This document shows, one piece after another, positions 1 to 13,820 of a stretch of DNA of 64,000 nucleotides. Both the position numbers and the translations under genes were made by a program. The notes under the pieces are model-generated. The model saw only the letters and a program-made list of their open reading frames with translations, was not told where the DNA came from and searched no databases. This DNA comes from the human T2T-CHM13v2.0 reference genome, Homo sapiens: assembly GCF_009914755.1 (NCBI RefSeq), contig NC_060929.1. One strand, given 5' to 3'. How positions within the stretch are numbered: the first letter of the stretch is position 1; each line of letters begins with the position of its first letter.

Positions 1-2072
1 TGTGCGGGCGGAGCGCGGAGTGCAGCATCCACCTGGAGGTGATCGTGGAAAGGCCGCTGCAGGTTTTCCATGTGGACGTGGAGGTGAAGGACATTAACGA
101 CAACCCTCCGGTGTTCCCAGCGACACAAAGGAATCTGTTCATCGCGGAATCCAGGCCGCTTGACTCTCGGTTTCCACTAGAGGGCGCGTCCGATGCAGAT
201 ATCGGGGAGAACGCCCTGCTCACTTACAGACTGAGCCCCAATGAGTATTTCTTCCTGGACGTGCCAACCAGCAACCAGCAGGTAAAACCTCTTGGACTTG
301 TATTACGGAAACTTTTAGACAGAGAAGAAACTCCGGAGCTTCATTTATTGCTCACGGCCACCGATGGAGGCAAACCCGAGCTGACTGGCACCGTTCAATT
401 ACTCATCACGGTACTGGACAACAATGACAATGCCCCAGTGTTCGACAGAACCCTGTATACGGTGAAATTACCAGAAAACGTTTCTATCGGAACGCTGGTG
501 ATTCACCCCAATGCCTCAGATTTAGACGAAGGCTTGAATGGGGATATTATTTACTCCTTCTCCAGTGATGTTTCTCCAGATATAAAATCCAAGTTCCACA
601 TGGACCCCTTAAGTGGGGCAATCACAGTGATAGGACATATGGATTTTGAAGAAAGTAGAGCACACAAGATCCCAGTCGAGGCTGTCGATAAAGGCTTCCC
701 ACCCCTGGCTGGTCATTGTACAGTTCTTGTGGAAGTTGTGGATGTAAATGACAATGCTCCACAGTTGACTCTCACTTCCCTGTCTCTCCCTATTCCAGAG
801 GACGCCCAACCAGGTACCGTCATCACATTGATTAGCGTGTTTGACCGAGATTTTGGAGTCAACGGACAGGTTACCTGCTCCCTGACGCCCCGCGTTCCCT
901 TCAAGTTGGTGTCCACCTTCAAGAATTACTATTCATTGGTGCTGGACAGCGCTCTGGACCGCGAGAGTGTGTCCGCCTATGAGCTGGTGGTTACCGCGCG
1001 GGACGGGGGCTCGCCTTCTCTGTGGGCCACTGCTAGCGTGTCCGTGGAGGTGGCCGACGTGAACGACAACGCCCCGGCGTTCGCGCAGCCCGAGTATACG
1101 GTGTTCGTGAAGGAGAACAACCCGCCGGGCTGCCACATCTTCACTGTGTCGGCGGGGGACGCGGACGCGCAGAAGAACGCGCTGGTGTCCTACTCGCTGG
1201 TGGAGCTGCGGGTGGGCGAGCGCGCGCTGTCGAGCTACGTGTCAGTGCACGCGGAGAGCGGCAAGGTGTACGCGCTGCAGCCGTTGGACCACGAGGAGCT
1301 GGAGCTGTTGCAGTTCCAGGTGAGCGCGCGCGATGCGGGCGTGCCGCCTCTGGGCAGCAACGTGACGCTGCAGGTGTTCGTGCTGGACGAGAACGACAAC
1401 GCGCCGGCACTGCTGGCGCCTCGGGTGGGTGGCACTGGTGGCGCAGTGAGAGAGCTTGTGCCGCGGTCTGTGGGCGCGGGCCATGTGGTGGCGAAGGTAC
1501 GTGCAGTTGACGCTGACTCAGGCTACAACGCGTGGCTTTCGTATGAGTTGCAACCGGTGGCGGCCGGTGCGAGCATCCCGTTCCGCGTGGGGCTGTACAC
1601 TGGTGAGATCAGCACGACACGAGCCCTAGATGAGACGGACGCACCGCGCCACCGCCTTCTGGTGCTTGTGAAGGACCACGGGGAGCCCTCGCTGACAGCC
1701 ACAGCCACCGTGCTGGTGTCGCTGGTGGAAAGCGGCCAGGCACCAAAGGCGTCGTCGCGGGCATCGTTGGGCATTGCAGGCCCAGAGACCGAGCTGGTGG
1801 ATGTCAACGTGTACCTGATCATCGCCATCTGCGCGGTGTCCAGTCTGTTGGTGCTTACCCTGCTGCTGTACACGGCGTTGCGGTGCTCAGCGCCGTCCTC
1901 TGAGGGCGCATGTAGTTTGGTAAAGCCCACTCTGGTGTGCTCCAGCGCGGTGGGGAGCTGGTCATTCTCCCAGCAGAGGCGGCAGAGGGTGTGCTCTGGG
2001 GAGGGCCCACCCAAGACAGACCTCATGGCCTTCAGTCCCAGCCTTCCTCAGGGTCCATCCTCTACAGACAAT
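1..2072 (+). CDS. PCDHA7: Protocadherin alpha-7 variable exon, 5'-truncated by the window (end of EC1 through EC6, TM, variable cytoplasmic part)
   Basis: Open frame from nt 3 ([13 protein letters not shown]...). Cadherin motifs DxNDN, LDRE and AxDx[23 protein letters not shown]. Ends PQGPSSTDN at phase-0 donor AAT|GTGAGT (GT at 2073). Lies immediately upstream of alpha8. Confidence 0.93.
174..187 (+). promoter_or_regulatory. Exonic CTCF site (eCBS) of alpha7
   Basis: CCACTAGAGGGCGC is an exact match to the CTCF core CCASYAGRKGGCRS, within the FPLEGA codons. Confidence 0.85.
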
Positions 2073-2949
2073 GTGAGTCATAAATAATCTTGTTTCCAAC
2101 AATTTTAAAACAATTAGTTCAATTGGTCTCCTTAAATTTTCTTTCATAATTTCTTTTTTAGTTGATAGCTTTATGTATAATTATTATTTTTTAATGTTAT
2201 GCTGTATTTGCACTAATTATTTGGAAGTACGTTTAATATACACTTTTGTTTTGGGATGCGTAATACTATAGATCAAAATCTATGGTTTATGTTGGCTACT
2301 CTCCATTTTTGGAGGAGGACTTTGCTAACTGGAGCAATGGATTCACCTTTCTTCTATAGTGTATTTACAAAATCAAATATTTACATTTCCATATTTTGAT
2401 AATCAATACCTATAAATGTTATAGTAAACAAATTTAATATATATGTTACCTAATATTTTATTCTATGTATTGTCCTCATTTTATAAAATATACCTGTGTC
2501 AAAATCATCTGTTCAATTTTGCCTTTTTATCTTTAGTCTAGAACTTGAATTTTAAGCATTTCTTTTACATCTATTTATCTTCTTTTTATCATATTTGTGT
2601 AGCACTGACTTCTTTTTAACTTACTTTGTTGAGATGTATTTGCCATGTTCATGAAGAATTAATATGAACAATTTAAAATAGTTTAAATGGCAGTTTAATA
2701 GTATTTTTTATTTTGTTCCTTGTTTGTATAAGAAATATATTCACATTCAAAATTTCAAAGAGTGAAATCTAGTACGTAGTAAAAAATCTCCTTGCCTCCT
2801 CAAACCCCAAACCATTTACTTTACCTTTCTGAATTTCTGAAGCAGTTTACTTTTTTTGTATATTCCCAAGATTATTATTGCCAAATTATATAAATATATT
2901 TACAATCACCAAATTGTAAATCGCCAATATATATATTTTATAATTTGCC

Positions 2950-3394
<445 letters not shown>

Positions 3395-3399
3395 TAAGT

Positions 3400-3409
3400 T
3401 ATATATATA

Positions 3410-3461
<52 letters not shown>
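3400..3461. repeat. (TA)n(TG)n microsatellite
   Basis: About 24 TG units directly visible. Confidence 0.95.
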
Positions 3462-3464
<3 letters not shown>

Positions 3465-3753
3465 ACAGAGTTTTACTCTGTCGCCCTCTCTGGAGTGCAG
3501 TGGTGCAATCTCAGCTCACTGCAAAATCCGCCTCTCTGGTACAAGCAGTTCTCATGCCTCAGTCTCCCAAGTAGCTGGGATTAAAGACGCCAACAACCAA
3601 GCCATGCTAATTTTTTTTTTTTTTTGTATTTTTAGTAGAAACAGAGTTTCACCATGTTGCCCCGGCTGGTCTCGAAATCTGGGACTCAAGTGATCTGACT
3701 GCCTCAGCCTCCCAATGTGCTGGGATTACAGGAGTGAGCCACCGCATCCGGCC
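3462..3753 (-). mobile_element. Alu
   Basis: Antisense Alu ending gagccaccgcatccggcc. Confidence 0.85.
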
Positions 3754-3986
3754 TAAATTATATATTGGGTTTTGTGGCATATTATTTCATTAGCGCTTAT
3801 TCCTTGTTTTTGATTATTTGCTTTCTTATTTTTAAAAGTATTTGCATCTTATTTTCTTTTATGGATATATCATGATTTATTCATCCAGTACTGTATTAGG
3901 GACATTAATGAAACAATAACCGAATTGTCTAGACTTTTAAAAATTTTTTACAAATAATTTGGTTGGTCAAAAAAATGATAGTTAAC

Positions 3987-4288
3987 GGGGCATGGTGGCA
4001 CACACCTTTAACCCCAACATTTCGGGAGGCCGAGGCAGGAGGATTGCTTCAGTCTAGTAGTTTGAGACCAGCTTGTGCATCTTTTGTAGAGACTTTGTAA
4101 AATTAGCTATGCATGGTGATGCATGTCTGTAGTTTCAGCTACTCAAGAAACTGAGGTGGGAGGATCACTTAAGCCAGGGAGGTCCAAGCTGCAGTTATCA
4201 TGCCACTGAACTCCAGCCTAGGTGACAGAGCAATACCTTGCCTCAAAAATAAAATAAAATGAAATAATAAAATAAAATAAAATAAAAA
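3987..4288 (+). mobile_element. Old Alu (J-like) with (TAAAA)n tail
   Basis: ggcatggtggcacacacct...ccagcctaggtgacagagc followed by an A-rich tail. Confidence 0.8.
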
Positions 4289-4724
4289 CCCAGAACTGAC
4301 AATTTTCACTGTTCCTAATATTCTAATATACTTTAGTAAATTATTTTAGGATATGTTACTGTTTTCTTTTCAACGTGAATAAGGATAGAGGTATGCAAAG
4401 TCAAAAACCTGTCTGATAATCAATAGAATTATTTACCATTAAGCCATAATATGTCATTCACATAAGCAGACCAAGTTTGCTGCTCTTGTTGAAAGATATT
4501 CAGTTTTGTGGAAAAATCTATAAATATCTTTGACCTTCAAAGATGTAACTGTAATCTGTTTTTATTGCTTTGCTTTTATGCTTACATGCATGTATATTTA
4601 AAACCTTCCTAGCATATTATTAAAGTTTTAAATATCCTATTTATATTGGGAAATACCTGAAGTTGATAGGGGATCCTCCTTAGCCACCTAAGCTGTATTC
4701 ATCAATTATTATGATGATGATGAT

Positions 4725-5023
<299 letters not shown>

Positions 5024-6446
5024 TAATGTGATGACAAATTTAAATCATTTCACAGAAAATACCCTTATTTGCCTTTCCTATTTAACCTACGTTTTTGGTA
5101 AGAATTTTGTAGAAATTTGGAGGAGCTCTTAATTGCCTACTATGAAGGCATTCATGATGAATCCATGGAGAATTTACTTTTGAGGTGGACTTTGAAAGAT
5201 GAATAGAATTTTGACAGAAAAAGATGAAGTAATAGAAGAAAAACCTTGAACAAAGAGTGTGCCAAGAAGGAGACAACATATTTTCTGTAAAATATGACTC
5301 CTATTGGAAAGTGGTTAGCCTTAGCACTGAGAAGATTGGCTCATGGTCACGTAGCGTATCTCCCAGATGGAAGTCTAATGTCTTGACAATTAGTCAATAG
5401 AAAGATAAACTTGTTGAAGATTTTAGTGAAATCGAGTGAAAGCTGTACTAATAAGGACAGAAATTATCACACGTGAAAGGAGAGATGGGATGTATACAAA
5501 TTTTAAATATGGTAGGCAAAGGAAAAGAAGTCATAAAAATACATATGAGTAAATGTGGAGAATCACTATGCTATAAAAATTGTGATTTTTTAATGATTTG
5601 GGTTTTGGGTGATTATTGATTAGATATTCTTTTAACTTTGGTCGACTCATTTTCTAGGCAATGTTAGGGTATACAGGTAAAAATGTCAGGTAGAAAATGA
5701 AAATAGGGGGTTGCAGATATGGAGTTAAGAATACTTCAAATAATAGGCTAGTTTAAAGCCGTGGAAATAGAAACGTTAAATAAAAAGTTGGGGAAAAAAG
5801 TTTAAAGGCATAATTCTGGTAAATACTCACTTTTTGGAGCAGAAGAAAGATGAAGAACTAACAAGCCAATGATGGCAATACTGCTAGAGTTTGGCATGTC
5901 AGAGAAATCATAAAGGAAAATGTTTTAAGTGAGAGGCTGAATTTAACAAGCTATAGAGATATAGAGAAATAGTGTAAAGAATATGCACATACATTTTTAT
6001 TACTTTAGTAAATAAAACGGTTCAGGCAATTTGACATTTATTGAATAAAGAAAAGCAAAAATTTAACAATAAGAACACAAGAAGATAAAATGTAGAAAAG
6101 TTAGAATTATATGCTCACCTCAGAGTAATATATACCAGTGTTTCTGGTGACCAAATAAATATTAATGCATTTCTTCCACACGAAACTATGGAGGACAGTT
6201 TACATTTCTGATATCCATGACATACAGGTCATACTTAAATTTATTATTAATTGATACGATATTTGAAATATTGGGAAGAAATTCCTTTCCTTATGAAGAA
6301 GAAATCCCTAGCTGAAACTAATGTAAGGAGCCAGACAGTATGAATGCCTCTGCAATTGATAAAGTTAAGGATTTACTATTAAATTATGATAAAGAAATAG
6401 AAAGTGCATAGAAGAACCCAGATATTGCGGAAGTAATTCATGTAAT

Positions 6447-6485
6447 CATTACCTTTTGAAGCCACATGATGTCGCTGTCTACCAA
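6447..6485 (+). promoter_or_regulatory. alpha8 promoter conserved sequence element (CSE, promoter CTCF site)
   Basis: GCCACATGATGTCGCTG with CGCT at 6473-6476, about 175 bp upstream of the ATG. Same motif and position in the paralogues. Confidence 0.88.
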
Positions 6486-6648
6486 GAAGTTCTGGTTGGT
6501 CAATGTTCAAAGTCTTTTCTCTGACAGCATCTGTCTCTAAAGGCCGAACAACGGGAGATGCAGCGGAATTGGATTAAAAGACTCTGAAAGTACAGTCGTT
6601 CATCTTTATATTAAGATAATATTTTCTGATAGGAAACGACTATTTAAC

Positions 6649-9042
6649 ATGGATTATCACTGGCGAGGAGAGCTGGGATCCTGGCGACTACTACTCTTGC
6701 TTCTGCTCCTCGCAGCCTGGAAGGTGGGGAGCGGCCAGCTCCACTACTCCGTCCCCGAGGAGGCCAAACACGGCACCTTCGTGGGCCGGATCGCGCAGGA
6801 CCTGGGGCTGGAGCTGGCGGAGCTGGTGCCGCGCCTGTTCCGGGTGGCGTCCAAAAGACACCGGGACCTTCTGGAGGTAAGTCTGCAGAATGGCATTTTG
6901 TTTGTGAATTCTCGGATCGACCGCGAGGAGCTGTGCGGGCGGAGCGCGGAGTGCAGCATCCACCTGGAGGTGATCGTGGACAGGCCGCTGCAGGTTTTCC
7001 ATGTGGACGTGGAGGTGAAGGATGTTAATGACAACCCGCCAGTGTTCCGGGTAAAAGACCAAAAGCTGTTTGTTTCAGAATCCAGAATGCCAGACTCTCG
7101 GTTTCCGCTAGAGGGCGCGTCCGATGCAGATGTTGGAGCTAACTCCGTGTTAACCTACAGGCTTAGCTCTCATGATTACTTCATGCTAGATGTGAATTCA
7201 AAGAACGATGAGAATAAACTGGTTGAGCTCGTATTAAGAAAATCCTTGGACAGAGAGGACGCTCCTGCGCACCACTTATTCCTGACAGCCACAGATGGGG
7301 GCAAACCTGAGCTCACAGGCACTGTTCAGCTGCTGGTCACAGTGCTGGATGTGAATGATAATGCTCCCACTTTCGAACAGTCTGAATACGAAGTAAGAAT
7401 ATTCGAAAACGCAGACAACGGAACAACAGTTATCAAACTGAATGCTTCTGATCCGGATGAAGGAGCCAATGGGGCAATTTCATATTCTTTTAATAGCCTT
7501 GTTGAAACTATGGTTATTGACCACTTTAGCATAGATCGAAATACGGGAGAAATAGTGATTCGGGGTAATTTGGATTTTGAACAAGAAAACTTATACAAAA
7601 TCCTCATTGACGCCACGGACAAAGGCCATCCTCCCATGGCGGGTCATTGCACCGTTTTAGTGAGAATTTTGGATAAAAATGATAACGTCCCTGAGATAGC
7701 ACTGACTTCCTTATCCTTGCCTGTACGTGAAGACGCTCAATTTGGTACTGTCATCGCCCTAATTAGCGTGAACGACCTCGATTCAGGTGCCAACGGGCAG
7801 GTGACCTGCTCCCTGATGCCCCATGTCCCCTTCAAGCTGGTGTCCACCTTCAAGAATTACTACTCGTTGGTGCTGGACAGCGCCCTGGACCGCGAGAGAG
7901 TGTCGGCCTATGAGTTGGTGGTAACCGCGCGGGACGGGGGCTCGCCTTCGCTGTGGGCCACCGCCAGCTTGTCTGTGGAGGTGGCCGACGTGAACGACAA
8001 TGCTCCGGCGTTCGCGCAGCCCGAGTACACGGTGTTCGTGAAGGAGAACAACCCGCCGGGCTGCCACATCTTCACGGTGTCTGCGCGAGACGCGGACGCG
8101 CAGGAGAACGCGCTGGTGTCCTACTCGCTTGTGGAGCGGCGGGTGGGCGAGCGCTCGCTGTCGAGCTACATTTCGGTGCACACGGAGAGCGGCAAGGTGT
8201 ACGCGCTGCAGCCGCTGGACCACGAGGAGCTAGAGCTGCTGCAGTTCCAGGTGAGCGCGCGCGACGCGGGCGTGCCGCCTCTGGGCAGCAACGTGACGCT
8301 GCAGGTGTTCGTGCTGGACGAGAATGACAACGCGCCGGCACTGCTGGAGCCTCGGGTGGGTGGCACTGGTGGCGCAGCGAGCAAGCTGGTGCCGCGGTCT
8401 GTGGGCGCGGGCCACGTGGTAGCGAAGGTGCGCGCAGTGGACGCCGACTCGGGCTACAACGCGTGGCTTTCGTATGAGCTGCAGCCAGCTGCAAGCAGCC
8501 CTCGCATCCCGTTCCGCGTGGGGCTGTACACGGGCGAGATCAGCACCACTCGTGTCCTGGACGAAGCGGACTCTCCGCGCCACCGTCTGCTGGTCCTGGT
8601 GAAGGATCATGGTGAACCTGCGCTGACCGCCACGGCCACGGTTCTGGTGTCGCTGGTGGAGAGCGGCCAGGCTCCAAAAGCGTCATCGAGGCAGTCGGCT
8701 GGCGTTTTGGGTCCGGAAGCGGCGCTGGTGGATGTCAACGTGTACCTGATCATCGCCATCTGCGCGGTATCCAGCCTGCTGGTGCTCACGCTGCTGCTGT
8801 ACACTGCGCTGCGGTGCTCAGCACTGCCCACTGAGGGCGGGTGCCGGGCGGGCAAGCCCACTCTGGTGTGCTCCAGTGCGGTGGGGAGCTGGTCATACTC
8901 GCAACAACAGCCGCAGAGGGTGTGCTCTGGTGAGGGGCCACCGAAGACGGACCTCATGGCCTTCAGCCCCTGCCTTCCTCCTGATCTGGGATCAGTTGAT
9001 GTAGGCGAAGAGCAAGATTTAAATGTTGATCATGGCCTCAAA
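6649..9042 (+). CDS. PCDHA8: Protocadherin alpha-8 variable exon (798 codons)
   Basis: [16 protein letters not shown] signal peptide, six EC repeats, TM. Phase-0 donor AAA|GTAAGT at 9042/9043. Confidence 0.95.
7105..7118 (+). promoter_or_regulatory. eCBS of alpha8
   Basis: CCGCTAGAGGGCGC, 456 nt after the ATG. Confidence 0.8.
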
Positions 9043-10486
9043 GTAAGTCCATTTAAATTTAGAACTCATAAATTCTATTTGTGGAAATTGTAGTTACTTT
9101 AAAAGTGTTTCAGATTTAGTTTTTCACCGTATTTTATAGTGAAAATTTAAACATTGTTTAGTTTTTAGAAACCTTTTATAATTAATTGAATTTTCTCAGT
9201 GGCATAATACAGTATTAATCATTCTCCACAAGTTGGGTCTATCTTGAAACTCAAGTTATGGTTGGATGATATCCATTTTTTACTGAATATTTATTTTGGC
9301 CTGCCTTACAGCCGTCTTCTCTGAACAATACTCTAAGGACGTTCAGGGCATTTTGATCTTTGGTGAAAGTATTCCCCCAAAGCGTTTATTCTTTTGTCCT
9401 TAGGCACTGAACTCTTAATCTTACTCCATATGCTGTACTTTGAAATGCATGTTTTAAATATGTTGTCTTTATATTTACTTTTATTCACTTTAAGATCTCG
9501 GTTTATTCATCTTATCTGACTTTTTAGTGTCTGGTAGTCACAAATATCTTTGGTGTTTCACTATTGCCGTTTTAAGCAGTGTAGTGATAAAATACAGAAT
9601 GATAGTGTTTTTCAAAATTTGATAGTTTTCATATTCTTCCTAATTTTATTATAAACTAGTTAAAAAGTAAAATCAAGAGGGAAGAGATTTGTAATCCTTC
9701 TTTTAATTCATTATTTAGACCATTTTACCATTTGGAGACATGTTTTTTATTCTACATGATTTTTACAGTTGTATTGTCGCCAACTTAACATTTTTTGAGC
9801 CTCTATGTTTAGGAAATGATTACTTTATTCTTGCAAGTATCTTCTAAACTCTAATCATTCAACCCTTTGTTCATGAGTTGGAATATTTTCAATAATATTC
9901 CACATTAAAGTGATATTTAATATATGACTTAGAAAAATGTTTTCATCAGAAAAACTATACATGATAATTTCATTCTTGCAAACCAAACATATAATTTATA
10001 AATCCTTATTATACAGAATATTTGGGATTATCATGGCCCATTAGTTCGTGTAAAAATATTTAGTATTATGGGATAAATCTTTGAAAAATCCAAGATACTT
10101 TATTTTGGTATCTTTCAACATTTTCTTTCTTTTATTTCTTCTTGTCTTTTTACACGTTTGCTTCTTGTGACTGTTGGACCTGCCTGGATATTAAATACCC
10201 ATTAGACTTCGTGCATATTGCTTTGGAGAGAATGGTAGAAATTGATGGAAGGGAATGAACGATTTCTGGGACTCTGAATTCTTACAGTTTGTTATTAGTA
10301 TTGTTTTAAATCTTTTAATCACTTATGAACAAATAATGTAATCATTTATGGGCATATTTTAGCCCCCTTGTCCAACTGAAGGTAACCTCAAAGCAGCATT
10401 GTTTTGTAGTTTATTTTACAGTTCTCTTAATGCCTGTCCATGTTTAGCATTTTATTTGACTATTTGAACACATTGTGTAAAAGCGA

Positions 10487-10554
10487 ATTGTTTTCATTTT
10501 AGTCCTTTAAAAAATATGATTGTTTTCATTTAAGTCCTTTTAAAAAATATGATT
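10487..10554. repeat. Two-copy tandem repeat with a 32-33 bp unit
   Basis: attgttttcattttagtcctttaaaaaatatg followed by attgttttcatttaagtccttttaaaaaatatg. Confidence 0.85.
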
Positions 10555-11664
10555 ATCTTTATTATCCTGTTTGAATAATATGTGTTTTCCTTTGTGAAAG
10601 TAATATTTCCTATCCTGTCTATGTCTACCTGGTTCTCAGGTATTACTTTAATTACTGAATTCTCCTAAACATTTAATTGACTTTTACAAAATATCATAAA
10701 TAGGAGGATTCTTTCCACCACCTAGCATTGTATTTGGCAATTTATCATTTAAGTCATTTTAGTTCTGTTTTTCTTCAACTCTCTGATATTTGAATTTGGG
10801 GTTGTGCTTTCACAGTGAGAAAGTCTAAACCTATTTCTTGTACATTAATACTTTTCACTATTCTAATTATGGTGATGCCTTTAGCTATTAAGAATTTCTG
10901 GGATTGAAATGTGTCAGAAGTTAGTTATTAAGTATTGTGGATTCTGAAGCTCTCTAAATCAAGTCCTCCCTTTACCAATTTTTGTATGTGTAGCCATTGG
11001 TAAAGGATTTGTTATTCAGTTCCTTGGCATTATATGTATGCATGATAAATGTGAATTCTACTTTATAGATTTATTTGTATCAAGTAAGTTAATAGTTATA
11101 AATTATTAATAATAAACTCTGGCAAGTGATAGGTACATAATAAAATTTAGTTATTACCATTCTTAAGAGAAAAGAAGTTAGTGATTGCAGAAAGGCAACC
11201 TAAAATGTCAGAAAGTCGTTATGGCCTTCCATATTAATCTTATTTTTGTGTAAAACTATCTTCTGTAAAGTCATTTTTTAGATTAACCTAGGATGTTTCA
11301 ATATTTTGAATGTTGTGTGGTGGAATGAAAAAAATCTAAAAGTTATTACGAGTTTAGGAAAGTCAAGTTAACACCACCTATGTGGGAAAACAGTTTTTTG
11401 GAAAGGTTAAAGTCCTTCCAAGGAATGTGTAGACTATCTTACTTTGATAGTTGTATGTTTCCCATATTTAAAAGTTGCCTGAGATCCTGCAGAGGCCTGA
11501 GTAGGCGTTTGAGTTCTTTGTATGTATGAGATCTTTCCATTAATAGTATTTTTCTTAAAAAGAAGTATACAATAATGTTTTGATGATGATTTAAAGTCAA
11601 TTTATGTTGTAGTTCTATGAATTAAGTAAACCATTTATGTAGAGTGTTGTAAATAGCCTTTTAA

Positions 11665-11998
<334 letters not shown>

Positions 11999-13601
11999 TA
12001 AAATGCTTTCTTAGCAAGTAGAGAAGATTGTAATAACCAGTCTTCATTAAACATTAAATAGGACCCTTACAGATCTCTAACAGCATATCATCATGTCAGG
12101 AATTATTACTGAGCCCCAGCCCCTGGCTTTAAAATTTGAGGTCAAATAAAGAATATGAGTCACACAATGCAAGGCAAGATAATGTAACAGGTACAAGAGG
12201 TAAATCAGAATGACGTTGAAGTTGAAAGACAATCATTTCCTATTTGAATTTTTGAAGAAATACTTGAAGGGGCATGGTGTGTTTCAGTGGTTTTAAAATA
12301 AGTAAGTTCCCCCCGGGAGAATATTGAGAATGATAGACATTTCTTGGAAAGAGAAAACATAAGGAAAGTTGAAGACACAGAAAGCATCAATATGACAAGT
12401 AGAAAAGTCCACTTTGGTTAAAACACACAGTCTGCAGAGAATGAAAGCAGGAAAACCAATGTAAGAAGATCTCTTGATTTCTGAGTAATAAACTAAAGGG
12501 CCATGAGTGATTAAGGAATTTGGCCACTCTTTAGAATTAATTGGGAGCTATTTAACTACCTTGAGCAAAATAAATCACGACTTTTGAAAGAAGGTTGAAC
12601 GGGAAGACAAACTCAGAAGCTCCTGCAGTAATCAAGGACAGAAGCAATTGTTAAATGCACCTCTTAGGCTGTTATCAGTAGAAATACGAAATAAAAGATA
12701 AATATGCAAAAACATTAATGGCACAATAAACACTCACGGTTTTGCCTTTAGACTTGAGATACACTAAAATCTAGATTTAATTAATCGACTTGGACGTTGG
12801 AATAAGATAGTAAAACTCACAACAAAACTTTGTAGAACTTAGTCAGGAAAAGAATCTCAAGCATAGCTTTAAAAACAGAAATTGCCCCGAGTACTAAGGA
12901 TGAGCAATAATGAAATTAAAACATATTGTAATAACATTACACAAACTATATTGGAGATTACAAAGAAGAGATTATTCATAGATTATAAAGCTTGGAAAGA
13001 ATCAAAACAACACATTTCTGGAAACAGATTGTATAAATGCTACAAAAGAGAAAAATATATTTTCTCCCCACGCAACACAAGACCTTAAAGTCAATTCTCG
13101 CTTTTCTTGCAATATTTTATACCTTTTCAATTCATAGAATTACTCAAGAAAACTACCTCAGTTGGTTGCTACTTTTTGTTGATTCCTTTTACCAGACATG
13201 ACTAAGTTTCTTTTTCATCAGTAGATTTCTGGGCTCCTATATTCACTAGAGATTGCAACTCCTGGATTTCTCTTACACTAGAATCCTATTTCGAGCCATA
13301 TGGGAGATTCTGAATTCCAGAACAAAAGAATTTTGTAATTTAAAATTCGTGATTGCTCAATGGAATCATTTTAATTGTTACTTCATTTCTGTCGTTATTT
13401 AAAACTTAAGTGGAGAGTTTTCTCAGGGATAAGAAAACCACAATCAAGGTCATACAAAACTTTTAGAGGCAGTCAGTCTGCTAAGAAGGCTCCAGCAAGA
13501 GAAACGGGATCTTCTGTTTCAACAATCATTACTTAAGAAAAAATTAAGAAAATGAAATAAGTTTTGCAGAATAACTGTGAAATTTTTATTCATGAAATAT
13601 G

Positions 13602-13640
13602 TACTTACACTTTGGACCACGTGATGTCACTCTTTGCCGC
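13602..13640 (+). promoter_or_regulatory. alpha9 promoter CSE (CACT variant)
   Basis: TACTTACA-N7-CCACGTGATGTCACTC. The CGCT position reads CACT (13628-13631). Confidence 0.8.
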
Positions 13641-13820
13641 GATGTTCTCTCTGAATCCAGACAAATACAGCCCTTTTCCCATGGGAAAGAGGCTCAATTC
13701 TTTTTCACTCTCTCTGTGCTGAACGATGGCGAACACAGCAGAATGGGACTGACGAAATCAGATGATTTCTTCTAATTTGGAGGCAATTTTCACTAATTAG
13801 AAGAAGACTGAGTATTTGAA

